A stretch of 44,978 nucleotides of DNA from an uncultured Clostridia bacterium (GCA_905236685.1 CAJOPD010000058.1:1-44978); one strand, 5' to 3'. Shown: positions 28,209-37,517, counted from the first letter of the stretch. The notes: generated by a model not told the origin, from the letters alone. Made by a program: numbers and translations.

Positions 28209-29082
28209 AATAATCGTTTCCGTTCCAGCGACAGCTTATTCCGCACGGCAAAACCATATTTTTGTCCTGCATCATAAGCCCGATTTCATCACAGCTTATC
28301 TTTCCGCCAAATTTTTGTTTAAGAGTAAGCTCTGTAACATTTTCCAGAATTGTTTTGGAAAGCCCCGTTGTATACGCATTTATGAGGAAAAACAAGGGCT
28401 TGTCCGTCAACACTTTAATACATTCCTCTATGAGCGGATAAAGCTCGTCCTCTATCTTCCAAAGTTCGCCCTTAGGACCTCTTCCGTATGATGGGGGGTC
28501 CATAATTACCGCGTCATATTTTTTGCCGCGCCGTGCTTCGCGTGCGACAAACTTTTTAACATCGTCAACAATATACCTCACAGGTCTGTCGGAAAGCCCC
28601 GACGACGCCACATTCTCCTTTGCCCAGGACACCATACCGCGTGACGCGTCCACATGGCAAACCTCCGCTCCCGCCGCAAGCGCCGCAACCGTTGCGCCGC
28701 CCGTGTATGCGAAAAGATTTAGAACCGACACAGGCTTTTCTGCATTTTTTATAATCTCTGAAAACCAGTCCCAGTTGACCGCCTGTTCGGGAAAAAGCCC
28801 CGTATGTTTAAAGCCCATAGGCTTTATGTTAAAGGTAAGATTTTTGTAGCTGACCGTCCATCTTTCAGGGATTTTTTTGTTAAAAATCTCCCAATGTCCG
28901 CCGCCCGTGCTGCTTCTTTTGTATGTTGCGTCGGTTTTGCTCCAAAGCGCCGTGCGCGATTTTTGTGTCCACACAGCCTGCGGCTCGGGACGCCGCAGCA
29001 GCACATTTTTCCAATATTCCAGCTTTTCTCCGCCCGCCGCGTCTATCAAAATGTAATCCTTCCATTCAGAAGCACACCACAT
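28201..29082 (-). CDS. Class I SAM-dependent methyltransferase (RlmI/RlmK-like)
   Basis: [25 protein letters not shown] and MDPPSYG motifs. Confidence 0.88.
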   Translation of the reverse strand: MWCASEWKDYILIDAAGGEKLEYWKNVLLRRPEPQAVWTQKSRTALWSKTDATYKRSSTGGGHWEIFNKKIPERWTVSYKNLTFNIKPMGFKHTGLFPEQAVNWDWFSEIIKNAEKPVSVLNLFAYTGGATVAALAAGAEVCHVDASRGMVSWAKENVASSGLSDRPVRYIVDDVKKFVAREARRGKKYDAVIMDPPSYGRGPKGELWKIEDELYPLIEECIKVLTDKPLFFLINAYTTGLSKTILENVTELTLKQKFGGKISCDEIGLMMQDKNMVLPCGISCRWNGNDYYD

Positions 29083-29682
29083 TTATTTTCTCCTTTTTTC
29101 AACTGCTTCCATAACAGCTTTTGCTATAATCGTTACTAAAACCGTAGCGGCAACCGCCTCAACAAGCGAATTTGTGGTAACCAAAACTCCTATTATTTTT
29201 ATAACGCTGTCGCCCAGATTTTCTATAACAGGCTCTGAATTTCTAAAAAGCAGCAACAGGGCGCTCACAAAGAGAACGGTATTAAGCGCCGACGCCAAAA
29301 ATGCGGAAATCGCATAGGCAAAAGTCTGCTTTATTTCGGTTTTTTTCAAAAGCTCAAAACAAAGCCCCGTAAGGTAACCCATCGCCGCTCTCGGCAATAT
29401 ACATAAGATTGCTGTAAACAGCGGATTTACGCCAAAAAGCAAGGTTCCGAAGGCGTCCATACCGAAACATTGCGCAAAGCTCGTAAGACCGAAAATTGTT
29501 CCCAGTATAAGCCCTCCCGATGCGCCTAAAACAATAGCGCCTATCGCAACGGGGATTGTTAAAAATGTAATCGAAAGAGGTCCTATTTTAAGATATCCGA
29601 GCGGAGTAAAGGACATCAGCACAATGATAGCGCCCAACACCGCAATTTCGGCAAGTCTTTTTGTCGTATTTTGTTTTGTCAT
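29083..29682 (-). CDS. ECF transporter S component (PanT-like, pantothenate candidate)
   Basis: FTPLGYL, ITFLTIPVAIGAIVLG...G..FG.TS, PR motif, LNTVL. TTGACC-17-TAGAAT promoter at 29717-29745. Confidence 0.82.
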   Translation of the reverse strand: MTKQNTTKRLAEIAVLGAIIVLMSFTPLGYLKIGPLSITFLTIPVAIGAIVLGASGGLILGTIFGLTSFAQCFGMDAFGTLLFGVNPLFTAILCILPRAAMGYLTGLCFELLKKTEIKQTFAYAISAFLASALNTVLFVSALLLLFRNSEPVIENLGDSVIKIIGVLVTTNSLVEAVAATVLVTIIAKAVMEAVEKRRK

Positions 29683-29818
29683 ACAGCATCATCTCCAAAA
29701 GAGGTATTTTCCTGTAATTCTATCATATTTTGCCGTTTTGGTCAATAGTTTACAGGGCTTTTTAATATATTTGAAATCATCGGAAATAAGTGATATAATG
29801 AATAAAAGAGGTGAATTT

Positions 29819-30700
29819 ATGCGTGAATTTGTGCTGACCGTTCCCGAAGCTTTTGCAAACCGTGAAATTAAACACATACTTAAAAATCATTTCGGCTTTT
29901 CAAGCCGTCTCATAACCGCCTTAAAAGAAGGCGACGGCATAACTTTAAACGGGAAAAAGGAATTTGTGAACAAAAAGGTTTCGTCGGGCGATATTCTTAA
30001 AATCACCCTTTACGACAGGGCCTCAAAAAACATAACCCCTGAAAATATACCCTTGGAAATTTTGTTTGAAGATGAGGACCTGCTCATCATAAACAAGCCC
30101 CCAAAAATGCCGACGCATACATCGGTTTACCATACAACAGGGACCGTCGCAAATGCCGTTTTATACTACTTTAAAGACCGTCCCTTTACCTTCCGCGCAC
30201 CGTCACGGCTTGACCGCGACACATCAGGCGTTTTGATAATTGCGAAAAATGCGTGGAGCGGCGACTGCATTTCCCGCGCCATAAAAAACGGCGAATTTGA
30301 AAAGGAATATTCCGCAGTTTGCGTGGGTACGCCAAAAAACAGAAAAGGCACGGTAAACGCGCCCATCAAACGCGAAAAAGAGGGGATTATAAAGCGGATA
30401 ATAGCGCCGGACGGCAAAAGCGCCGTGACAGAATATGAGGTGCTCTGCGAAAAAGGCGGTCTGAGCCTTATAAAACTGCACCCCAAAACAGGCAGAACAC
30501 ATCAGATACGCCTGCACCTTGCATATATCGGTACGCCCATTTACGCCGATTTTCTGTACGGCAGGGATATTGACGGCGAAAGAATACGCCTGCATTGCAG
30601 CAGCGTGCAGTTTATGCACCCCGTCACAAAGAAAATTATGAAAATTACCGCTCCGCTCCCCGCCGATATGGATATTACAAAATTACAAAAGTCTTTTTAG
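29819..30700 (+). CDS. RluA-family pseudouridine synthase
   Basis: INKP, RLDRDTSG, TGRTHQIRLH and LH motifs. Start ATG 29819 after GAGGTG. Confidence 0.93.
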   Translation: MREFVLTVPEAFANREIKHILKNHFGFSSRLITALKEGDGITLNGKKEFVNKKVSSGDILKITLYDRASKNITPENIPLEILFEDEDLLIINKPPKMPTHTSVYHTTGTVANAVLYYFKDRPFTFRAPSRLDRDTSGVLIIAKNAWSGDCISRAIKNGEFEKEYSAVCVGTPKNRKGTVNAPIKREKEGIIKRIIAPDGKSAVTEYEVLCEKGGLSLIKLHPKTGRTHQIRLHLAYIGTPIYADFLYGRDIDGERIRLHCSSVQFMHPVTKKIMKITAPLPADMDITKLQKSF

Positions 30701-31831
30701 CACACGCTCTATCTTATCTTTCGATGCCAAAATCCTTCCCTCGGCCATATCGTCTTTGCCGCCGCCTTTTCCCGAAAGCTCTGAGTTAAGCGCCTTTGCA
30801 AAGTCTGCGGCGCCGCTTTTTGCGGTAACGATATAGCTGTAACCGATACCGTCGTCACCTGCAAAAACGGCGAATATCCCGCCTATGCGTATTTTTCCCT
30901 CGTTTGCGATGATACGCAGGGCGTTTTTTTCGGTAATATCGGAAAAAATATAAAAATTGCCGTCCGTTTCAGGTATATTCTGTGCTTGCGCCAAAGCAAG
31001 CCTTTTTAATATCCCGTTTTTTTCGCGGTTTGCCGTTTCCAGCTCGTTTTTAAGCTTTGAAACAGCCTTTAAAACCTCATTTTGCGGTACCGACAGCATA
31101 GCGGAAATTCCGTACACGCTTTTTTGTTTTTCCGAATAATCGCAGAGCGCGTCCTTTGCGCATATCATCTTTATCCGAATACCGCCCCTATGGCGCATTG
31201 TTTCGGTAAATTTGATTATGCCCGCCTCTCCCGTCCTTTTGAGGTGCGGCGCACAGCAGGCGCATACATCAATTCCGTCTATCGTAACAATTCTTATTCT
31301 GCCCAAAATGTCGGTTTTGCTGCGGTAATTTATGCTTTCAAGCTCCTTTTCTGTCGGGTAGCTTGCCGATATTTCAAGATTTTTCCATACCGCTTCATTT
31401 GCGAGCCTTTCAAGTTCCAAAAGCTGATTTTCGGTAAGCTCCGCGTCATAATCTATGGTAACGCCGTCTTTATCTAAATGGAAACCGACATTATTAAGCC
31501 CAAAATGCGAAAAGGCTATGCCCGAAACGATATGCTCCGCGCTATGATGCTGCATTTTGCGGAAACGCTCCTCCCAGTCGAGCTCGCCGCTCACCTGTTT
31601 GCCGACTTCAATCGGATTTTTTACAAGATGATAAACCTCGTCATTTTCCAAAATAACCGATAAAACCTTCTGCCCGTCAAGTGTGCCGCTGTCACATTCC
31701 TGACCGCCCGCCGTCATAAAAAATGCCGTTTTGTCAAGCAAAATCAAATACCCGTCCTTATGCGGCACGCACCTTTCTACCGACGCAGTAAAGCTATGTA
31801 TATAACTGTCCTCGTAATATAATTTTATCAT
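30683..31831 (-). CDS. Alanyl-tRNA editing protein (AlaX-like with C-terminal DHHA1/C-Ala domain)
   Basis: KLYYED, GGQECDSG, HHSAEH and CCAPH zinc ligands, GKGGG. Confidence 0.88.
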   Translation of the reverse strand: MIKLYYEDSYIHSFTASVERCVPHKDGYLILLDKTAFFMTAGGQECDSGTLDGQKVLSVILENDEVYHLVKNPIEVGKQVSGELDWEERFRKMQHHSAEHIVSGIAFSHFGLNNVGFHLDKDGVTIDYDAELTENQLLELERLANEAVWKNLEISASYPTEKELESINYRSKTDILGRIRIVTIDGIDVCACCAPHLKRTGEAGIIKFTETMRHRGGIRIKMICAKDALCDYSEKQKSVYGISAMLSVPQNEVLKAVSKLKNELETANREKNGILKRLALAQAQNIPETDGNFYIFSDITEKNALRIIANEGKIRIGGIFAVFAGDDGIGYSYIVTAKSGAADFAKALNSELSGKGGGKDDMAEGRILASKDKIERVLKRLL

Positions 31832-31832
31832 T

Positions 31833-33203
31833 TCAGCTCCTCTTTTTAAGCGCCTTGTCCACCTGCATCATAATAGCACATTCCATACGCTTTTTAAAAA
31901 GCTCGCAGCCATATTCATAGACCTTTTCTATATCTCCTGCCGCGTGATACGCGTTCGCCGCACAGCCGCCAGAACAATAGAGCTTCGCCCAGCAGTCACG
32001 GCACTCGGGACGGGAATATGCGTTGCACTTTCTGAACTTTTCGCGGAGCGCGGTGTTTGTAACGCCGTCCCATACATTGCCCATACTGTACTTTTCATCG
32101 CCGACAAACTGGTGGCACGGGAAGAATTCGCCCCACGGCGTGACCGCCATATATTCTGTGCCCGAGCCGCAGCCCGAAATCCGTTTATATATACAGGGAC
32201 CGTTTTCCAAATCTATCATATAGTGATAAAAATTAAAGCCCCTGCCTTCGCTGTCCCTTTTTATCATTTCCTCCGCCAAAATCTCGTACTGCCTGAATAA
32301 AGTCGGCAAATCTTCCTTCGTAAGAGCGCACTCATCATCGGGTGCACAAACCACAGGCTCCATACTGAGCTCGGTAAAGCCCAAGTCCGCCATATGAAAA
32401 ATATCCTTTGTAAAATCGGTGTTTTTATGCGTATAGGTACCCCGTATGTAATAGCTTTTATCGCCGCGCTTTTTGACAAAATCCAAAAACTTCGGCACAA
32501 TTACATCATAACTGCCCTTTCCTTTATAGTCCTTTCGGAAACGGTCGTGCACCTCGCGCCGCCCGTCAAGGCTTAAAACCACATTATTCATTTCCCTGTT
32601 GCAAAAATCGGTTACCTCATCATCGAGCAAAACTCCGTTTGTGGTGAGAGTAAAGCGGAAATTTTTGCCCTTTTCCTTTTCAATACTGCGGCAATATTCC
32701 ACAATTTTTTTGACAACCTCAAAATTCATAAGCGGCTCGCCGCCGAAAAAATCCACTTCAAGATTTCTCCTGTCTCCCGAATTTTCGATAAGGAAATCTA
32801 TCGCCTGCTTTCCGACCTCAAAGCTCATCAAAGCTCTGTCGCCCTTATATTTTCCCTGTCCCGCAAAGCAATAACTGCAATTTAAGTTACAGGTGTGTGC
32901 AATATGAAGGCACAGCGCCTTTACCTCATTATTTTTACCTTTCAGAGTATCCGCCTTATCGGCGTAAATATCCTCGCAAAAAAGCTGTTTTTCCGCCTTC
33001 AAATTTTCTATATCGGCTATGCACGAAAGGACATCTTGCTCCGATATTTCGCACTTTTCGGTGATTTTTCGGACAATTTCATCTTTGCCGCATTTTTCGT
33101 ACATTTCTATAACATTATAGGCAACATCATCAACAGCGTGCACCGCTCCGCTGAAAGCGTCTATAACAATATTATATCCGTTTAATTTATACTGGTGTAC
33201 CAT
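31833..33203 (-). CDS. scfB: Thioether cross-link-forming SCIFF peptide maturase (RRE + radical SAM + SPASM; CteB-like)
   Basis: MVHQYKLNGYNIVID RRE, KALCLHIAHTCNLNCSYC, DFFGGEP, SPASM CIYKRISGCGSG..PCHQF..C..C.....C.GGC; adjacent to the precursor. Confidence 0.96.
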   Translation of the reverse strand: MVHQYKLNGYNIVIDAFSGAVHAVDDVAYNVIEMYEKCGKDEIVRKITEKCEISEQDVLSCIADIENLKAEKQLFCEDIYADKADTLKGKNNEVKALCLHIAHTCNLNCSYCFAGQGKYKGDRALMSFEVGKQAIDFLIENSGDRRNLEVDFFGGEPLMNFEVVKKIVEYCRSIEKEKGKNFRFTLTTNGVLLDDEVTDFCNREMNNVVLSLDGRREVHDRFRKDYKGKGSYDVIVPKFLDFVKKRGDKSYYIRGTYTHKNTDFTKDIFHMADLGFTELSMEPVVCAPDDECALTKEDLPTLFRQYEILAEEMIKRDSEGRGFNFYHYMIDLENGPCIYKRISGCGSGTEYMAVTPWGEFFPCHQFVGDEKYSMGNVWDGVTNTALREKFRKCNAYSRPECRDCWAKLYCSGGCAANAYHAAGDIEKVYEYGCELFKKRMECAIMMQVDKALKKRS

Positions 33204-33220
33204 ATCTTTCTCCTCATAAA

Positions 33221-33257
33221 AAATTTGCCGACCGATAGTCTATCAGACGACAAATTC
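33221..33257 (-). terminator. Stem-loop between SCIFF precursor and maturase
   Basis: Minus strand AATTTGTCGTCTGATAG...CTATCGGTCGGCAAATT followed by a T-run; pairs with G-U only on the coding strand. Confidence 0.6.
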
Positions 33258-33268
33258 ATAGCTTATAA

Positions 33269-33532
33269 TTATCTGTTTTCACAAGGCTGATTTGCAACTC
33301 CGCAGGAGGTCTTGCACGCCGACTGGCACGAGGTCTGACATTCCCCGCAGCCACCCTCGCAGTTTGTCAAATTCCTTGTTACAAGCGTCACAATTCTTGA
33401 ACCCGCTTCACAAGGCTGATTTACAACTCCGCAGGAGGTCTTGCACGCCGACTGACACGAGGTCTGACATTCCCCGCAGCCGCCCTCGCAGTTTGTCAAA
33501 TTTCTTGTTATCAATGTTTTAATTCTGCTCAT
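33269..33532 (-). CDS. scfA: SCIFF ranthipeptide precursor, tandem double-cassette form (87 aa)
   Basis: GGCGECQTSCQSACKTSC occurs twice; AAGGAG RBS; immediately upstream of the maturase. Confidence 0.95.
   Translation of the reverse strand: MSRIKTLITRNLTNCEGGCGECQTSCQSACKTSCGVVNQPCEAGSRIVTLVTRNLTNCEGGCGECQTSCQSACKTSCGVANQPCENR
33278..33529. repeat. Direct tandem repeat, two 123-nt units with 129-nt period (33278-33400 and 33407-33529)
   Basis: Aligned by hand: 98/102 nt identical over codons T9-E42 vs T52-E85; the first 21 nt of the units are much more diverged. Confidence 0.95.
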
Positions 33533-33571
33533 TTTTATTCTCCTTGCATCAGAAAAATCTTAACTGTGACT

Positions 33572-33600
33572 ATTATATAGCCTTTTTTTTACATTGTCAA
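33572..33600 (-). promoter_or_regulatory. Consensus sigma-A promoter of scfAB
   Basis: TTGACA-17 nt-TATAAT on the minus strand, about 40 nt upstream of the precursor ATG. Confidence 0.85.
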
Positions 33601-33601
33601 G

Positions 33602-34960
33602 TTATTTTTTGACGAGTATCTTATCGTCCCGAATATCACCGAAAAGGTTTAGCCCGCTTTTTTCATATTCGCGCATCTTTTTAACAGCGTTTTCGGTAAT
33701 TTCCTCATCAGGCACCAAAATCGGCACCTCAGGCGGATACGCCCAAAGGTATCCCGCGGAAATCCTGCCGCACGCCTTTTCAATTTCGCAAAATTCACAA
33801 TCCTCCGAAAAGGCATTTTCGTGTTCGGAAAGCGTGCGTTTTGCTTTGTTAATGCTTGTCCTGCCTTTGTCAAGCTTTTTAAGCGACTTTGCGAGCTTTT
33901 TGAGATTTTTGCGGGTTTCCCCCGCGCCCGTCATACAAATCACATAGTGCGGCGCGGTCATTTCAGGCTCTATCCCGCACTTGCGCAAGCCCTCCGCCAG
34001 CTCTGCGCCGCTTTGATTTTTTGGAAAAAGCACAATTTTGCTTTTGTCTATGTCAAAAAATTTGTTATCCGCATTTGTTAAAATTTCAATATTTTTAAGC
34101 GGCAAAATATCTTTATAAAATTTTTCCAAGTTTTTCTCCCAATCGCTGAAAATCGCTTTACCGCGCGTTTTCAGCTCATTTATACAGCCGTCTGCCGACG
34201 AAAGCAGTATATATGACGGACTGCTTGTTTCAAAAACGGAAAGCATTTTTGAAACCGCATTTTTATCAATCAAATTGCCCGAAACATAGCATACTGCCGT
34301 CTGTGTGAGGCTCGGAAGCGTTTTATGAAGGCTCTCGACAGCCGCGTCCGCACCGAGTTTTACCGCGTCCTTCGGAAAATTCCCAAAGCCGAAATGCGCG
34401 CCGTGCGCCGCGTCCACCAAAACGGGAATACCCCGTTTGTGCGCCGCCGCGCAGATTTTTTCTATGTCGCTTATTATGCCCTCATAGGTCGGACTTGTAA
34501 CAATTATCAGCTTTGCGTCGGGATTTTCCTTGATTTTTTGTTCTGTTTCCAAAGGGCTTACCGACCCCGATACTCCGTATTTATTGCTGTTTTCGGGATA
34601 AACAAAAACAGGCTTTGCTCCCGCAAGGCTTATGCCGTTATAGACCGATTTATGACAGTTCCGCGCCACAATTACCTTATCATCTTTTTTGAGCACGGCG
34701 CATATTACCGCCAAAATTCCGCAGGTTGAGCCGTTTACCAAATAAAATGCCCTATCGGCACCCCGCAGCTTTGCCGCCTTTTCCATAGATTTTTTAAGTA
34801 TTCCGCTTGCACTGTGGAGATTGTCAAAGCCCTTGATTTCGGTTATGTCGATATCCGAAAAGGCTTTTAAATAACGGAATTTTTTGCCGTTTCTCTTATG
34901 CCCCGGCATATGCATAGGCGTTTTTTTGTTCTTCTTTAACTTTTCAAATAATTCTTCCAT
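33602..34960 (-). CDS. Orn/Lys/Arg decarboxylase-family PLP enzyme (YaaO-like)
   Basis: HMPGHK, LVNGST, RNCHKS, SPTYEG, DAAHG, SLHKTL (PLP Lys), TSSPSY, YPP. Confidence 0.9.
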   Translation of the reverse strand: MEELFEKLKKNKKTPMHMPGHKRNGKKFRYLKAFSDIDITEIKGFDNLHSASGILKKSMEKAAKLRGADRAFYLVNGSTCGILAVICAVLKKDDKVIVARNCHKSVYNGISLAGAKPVFVYPENSNKYGVSGSVSPLETEQKIKENPDAKLIIVTSPTYEGIISDIEKICAAAHKRGIPVLVDAAHGAHFGFGNFPKDAVKLGADAAVESLHKTLPSLTQTAVCYVSGNLIDKNAVSKMLSVFETSSPSYILLSSADGCINELKTRGKAIFSDWEKNLEKFYKDILPLKNIEILTNADNKFFDIDKSKIVLFPKNQSGAELAEGLRKCGIEPEMTAPHYVICMTGAGETRKNLKKLAKSLKKLDKGRTSINKAKRTLSEHENAFSEDCEFCEIEKACGRISAGYLWAYPPEVPILVPDEEITENAVKKMREYEKSGLNLFGDIRDDKILVKK

Positions 34961-34976
34961 AAAAGCCTGCTTTCTT

Positions 34977-35003
34977 AAAAAACCGCCGTAAAAGCGGTTT
35001 TTT
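34977..35003. terminator. Intrinsic terminator after mgtC-like gene
   Basis: AAAAAACCGC-CGTAAAA-GCGGTTTTTT. Confidence 0.7.
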
Positions 35004-35676
35004 ATATCGAGAAGGAGTGAATATACGGTGCTTCCTTAAAAGTCCTCAGAATGCTGTCGTAATCTATATCCGCATCAATCGAAACATCCATTTCTATTTC
35101 AATAAGTCCTGCTTCCTTCTTCCTGCATTTCATACCGCCCACCGATATATTGTACTTTTCAAGCATATTATGCAAAAAATCCATCGCTTCCTCATCATCT
35201 GTTATTGTAACGGCTAAAACTTCCTCGCTCGGCATATGCAGAATTTTATAATTTTTATGAAGGATTACCTGCGAAATAACAATCAGCACCGTTGCAACTA
35301 TCGCGATAATATACAGCCCTGCGCCCATAGCAAGACCTACTCCTGCCGTCGCCCATATTCCCGCCGCAGTAGTTAATCCCCTTACAAGATGGCGGTTAAA
35401 ATATATCATTCCTGCGCCCAAAAATCCGACGCCGCTTACTACTTGTGCTGCAATTCTGGCGGGGTCTGCACCGCGCATACCCGGGTAGCCGACTAAATCA
35501 GCAAATCCGTATTTTGAAACTATCATCATAAGTGCAGCGGCAAGCGCAACTATTGTATGCGTCCTTACGCCTGCGCCTTTACCTCTGTTTTTGCGTTCAT
35601 AGCCTATGACCAGCCCGCATAAAGAGGCAAGCAAAAGCCTGAAAATGAACACTAACTGCTCCGATACAAAGTTCAT
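35002..35676 (-). CDS. MgtC/SapB family membrane protein
   Basis: IGYER..AGVRTH, DPARIAAQVVSGVGFLGAG, GLTTAAGIW. TTGACA-17-TAGGAT promoter at 35701-35729. Confidence 0.93.
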   Translation of the reverse strand: MNFVSEQLVFIFRLLLASLCGLVIGYERKNRGKGAGVRTHTIVALAAALMMIVSKYGFADLVGYPGMRGADPARIAAQVVSGVGFLGAGMIYFNRHLVRGLTTAAGIWATAGVGLAMGAGLYIIAIVATVLIVISQVILHKNYKILHMPSEEVLAVTITDDEEAMDFLHNMLEKYNISVGGMKCRKKEAGLIEIEMDVSIDADIDYDSILRTFKEAPYIHSFSI

Positions 35677-35745
35677 TATAGTCCCTCCCTCTATTTTTTT
35701 ATCCTATCACTTTTCCCTCGCTGTGTCAAGGCAGGGCTTTTCCGC

Positions 35746-35781
35746 AAAAAAATATCCGCACACCCAAAGGTGTGCGGATAC
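35746..35781 (-). terminator. Intrinsic terminator after the NhaC-family gene
   Basis: TATCCGCACACC-loop-GGTGTGCGGATA with a U-run on the minus strand. Confidence 0.8.
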
Positions 35782-35797
35782 GCTTTACATTATACCG

Positions 35798-37450
35798 TTA
35801 AGCTGTTTTTTTGCCGGTTACTGCCTTTATAACAAGCAAAGTACCAATCATAAGCACTATCGATATGGGAAGTACAATCCATACCGTCTGCACAAAGCCT
35901 GCGATTATGTAGCTCACAAAGGATACCGCCGCAACCGTCAAAGCATACGGAAGCTGTGTGGAAACATGGTTAATATGGTTACACTCAGCACCTGCCGAGG
36001 ACATAATAGTTGTATCGGAAATAGGCGAGCAATGGTCGCCGCAAACAGCGCCTGCCATACAAGCGGAAATAGCAACGATTGTTATGCTGCCCTTATCAAA
36101 GCCGAATACTGCTATAACTATCGGAATTAAAATTCCGAAAGTGCCCCAAGATGTTCCCGTTGCAAAGGACATACCAACTGCAATCAGGAAGATAATTGCG
36201 GGAAGCAGATTCATAAATGAAGATGCGGAATTTCTTACAAAACCGTCAATAAACTCCTGTGCGCCCAAGCTCATAGTCATAGTTTTAAGTGTCCACGCGC
36301 ATACCAAAATCAAAATCGGCGGTACCATAGCCTTAAAGCCTTCGGGAATACATTCCATACAATCCTTAAAGCTCATAACTCTCCTTAACATAAAGAAGAT
36401 AACCGAAAGAATTAAAGTAATAAATGAGCCGTAAACAAGACCTACCGACGCATCGGAATTTGAAAATGCGGTAATAAAGCTTCTGTAACCCTCTTCACCC
36501 TCTGTAAAGAAACCGCCCGAATAAATCATTCCGATTACGCACGCAATAATGAGTACAATTACGGGCAAAACAAGGTCGATAACGCGGCCTTTTGCATTTT
36601 CCTGTCTTTCCTTTATCTCCTCGATTTTTTCCTTTGCCTCTTCAATTACGCCCTTCTTGCCTGCGTCCTTTTCAAACTTCTTCATCGGTCCGAAATCAAA
36701 CTTCATAAGAGTTATTGTTAACATCATAACTATTGTCAAAATAGCATAGAAGTTGTAAGGAATTGCGCTTATAAACAGCTTAAAGCCGTTCATTCCCGAG
36801 CCTTCCGCAAATCCGCTTACAGCCGCTGCCCAAGATGAAATGGGGGCTATGATACAAACCGGCGCTGCCGTTGCGTCAATCAAATATGCAAGCTTTTCGC
36901 GGGAAATTTTTTGTTTTTCGGTAACGGGGCGCATAACGCTTCCAACCGTTAAGCAGTTGAAATAGTCGTCTATAAAGATGAGCACTCCGAGAGCAACCGT
37001 TGCAAGCTGTGCGCCGACCTTGGTGTGAATTCTCTTAGATGCCCAGCGTCCGAAAGCGGCGCTTCCGCCCGCCTTATTCATCATAGCAACCAAAGCGCCC
37101 AAAACAACAAGGAATATCAGAATACCTACATTATAGGCATCTGCAACGCTTGCTATAAAGCCGTCCTGGAAGACATGAACTATTGTCATTTCGGGGTTAA
37201 AGTTTGCGTACAAAAGTCCGCCCGCCAAAATTCCGACAAACAGCGAGGAATAAACCTCCTTCGTGATAAGCGCCAGTGCGATAGCGATTATCGGCGGCAA
37301 CAGCGACCAAAAAGTGCTGTCAAATCTGCTTACATACTCTGCAGCTTCCTCTTCGCCTTCGGCAAAAGCAACTATTGCCATAGCAATCATAAATACAAAG
37401 GTAAGCACGGTAAGGAGTGTAAGCTTTTTCTTTGATTTCAGATTAAACAT
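35798..37450 (-). CDS. NhaC-family transporter, probable lysine importer (LysW-like)
   Basis: SLLPP, FIDDYFN, DATAAP, ATGTSWGTF, GDHCSPISDTT, HVSTQLPY. ATG 37450 after AGGAGG; downstream of a lysine riboswitch. Confidence 0.88.
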   Translation of the reverse strand: MFNLKSKKKLTLLTVLTFVFMIAMAIVAFAEGEEEAAEYVSRFDSTFWSLLPPIIAIALALITKEVYSSLFVGILAGGLLYANFNPEMTIVHVFQDGFIASVADAYNVGILIFLVVLGALVAMMNKAGGSAAFGRWASKRIHTKVGAQLATVALGVLIFIDDYFNCLTVGSVMRPVTEKQKISREKLAYLIDATAAPVCIIAPISSWAAAVSGFAEGSGMNGFKLFISAIPYNFYAILTIVMMLTITLMKFDFGPMKKFEKDAGKKGVIEEAKEKIEEIKERQENAKGRVIDLVLPVIVLIIACVIGMIYSGGFFTEGEEGYRSFITAFSNSDASVGLVYGSFITLILSVIFFMLRRVMSFKDCMECIPEGFKAMVPPILILVCAWTLKTMTMSLGAQEFIDGFVRNSASSFMNLLPAIIFLIAVGMSFATGTSWGTFGILIPIVIAVFGFDKGSITIVAISACMAGAVCGDHCSPISDTTIMSSAGAECNHINHVSTQLPYALTVAAVSFVSYIIAGFVQTVWIVLPISIVLMIGTLLVIKAVTGKKTA

Positions 37451-37469
37451 AATCTTCCTCCTTAAAAAT

Positions 37470-37502
37470 AAAAAAAGTGTGACAGGCAATGCGCCAATCA
37501 CA
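37470..37502 (-). terminator. Riboswitch expression-platform terminator
   Basis: GTGATTGGC-GCATT-GCCTGTCAC followed by ACTTTTTTT on the minus strand. Confidence 0.65.
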
Positions 37503-37517
37503 ACAAAACCATACCTA

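Noticed and set aside
33278..33529. SCIFF duplication as an assembly artefact or CRISPR-like repeat
   Set aside because: The copies differ mainly at synonymous sites, stay in frame with a 2-aa linker, and have no spacers.
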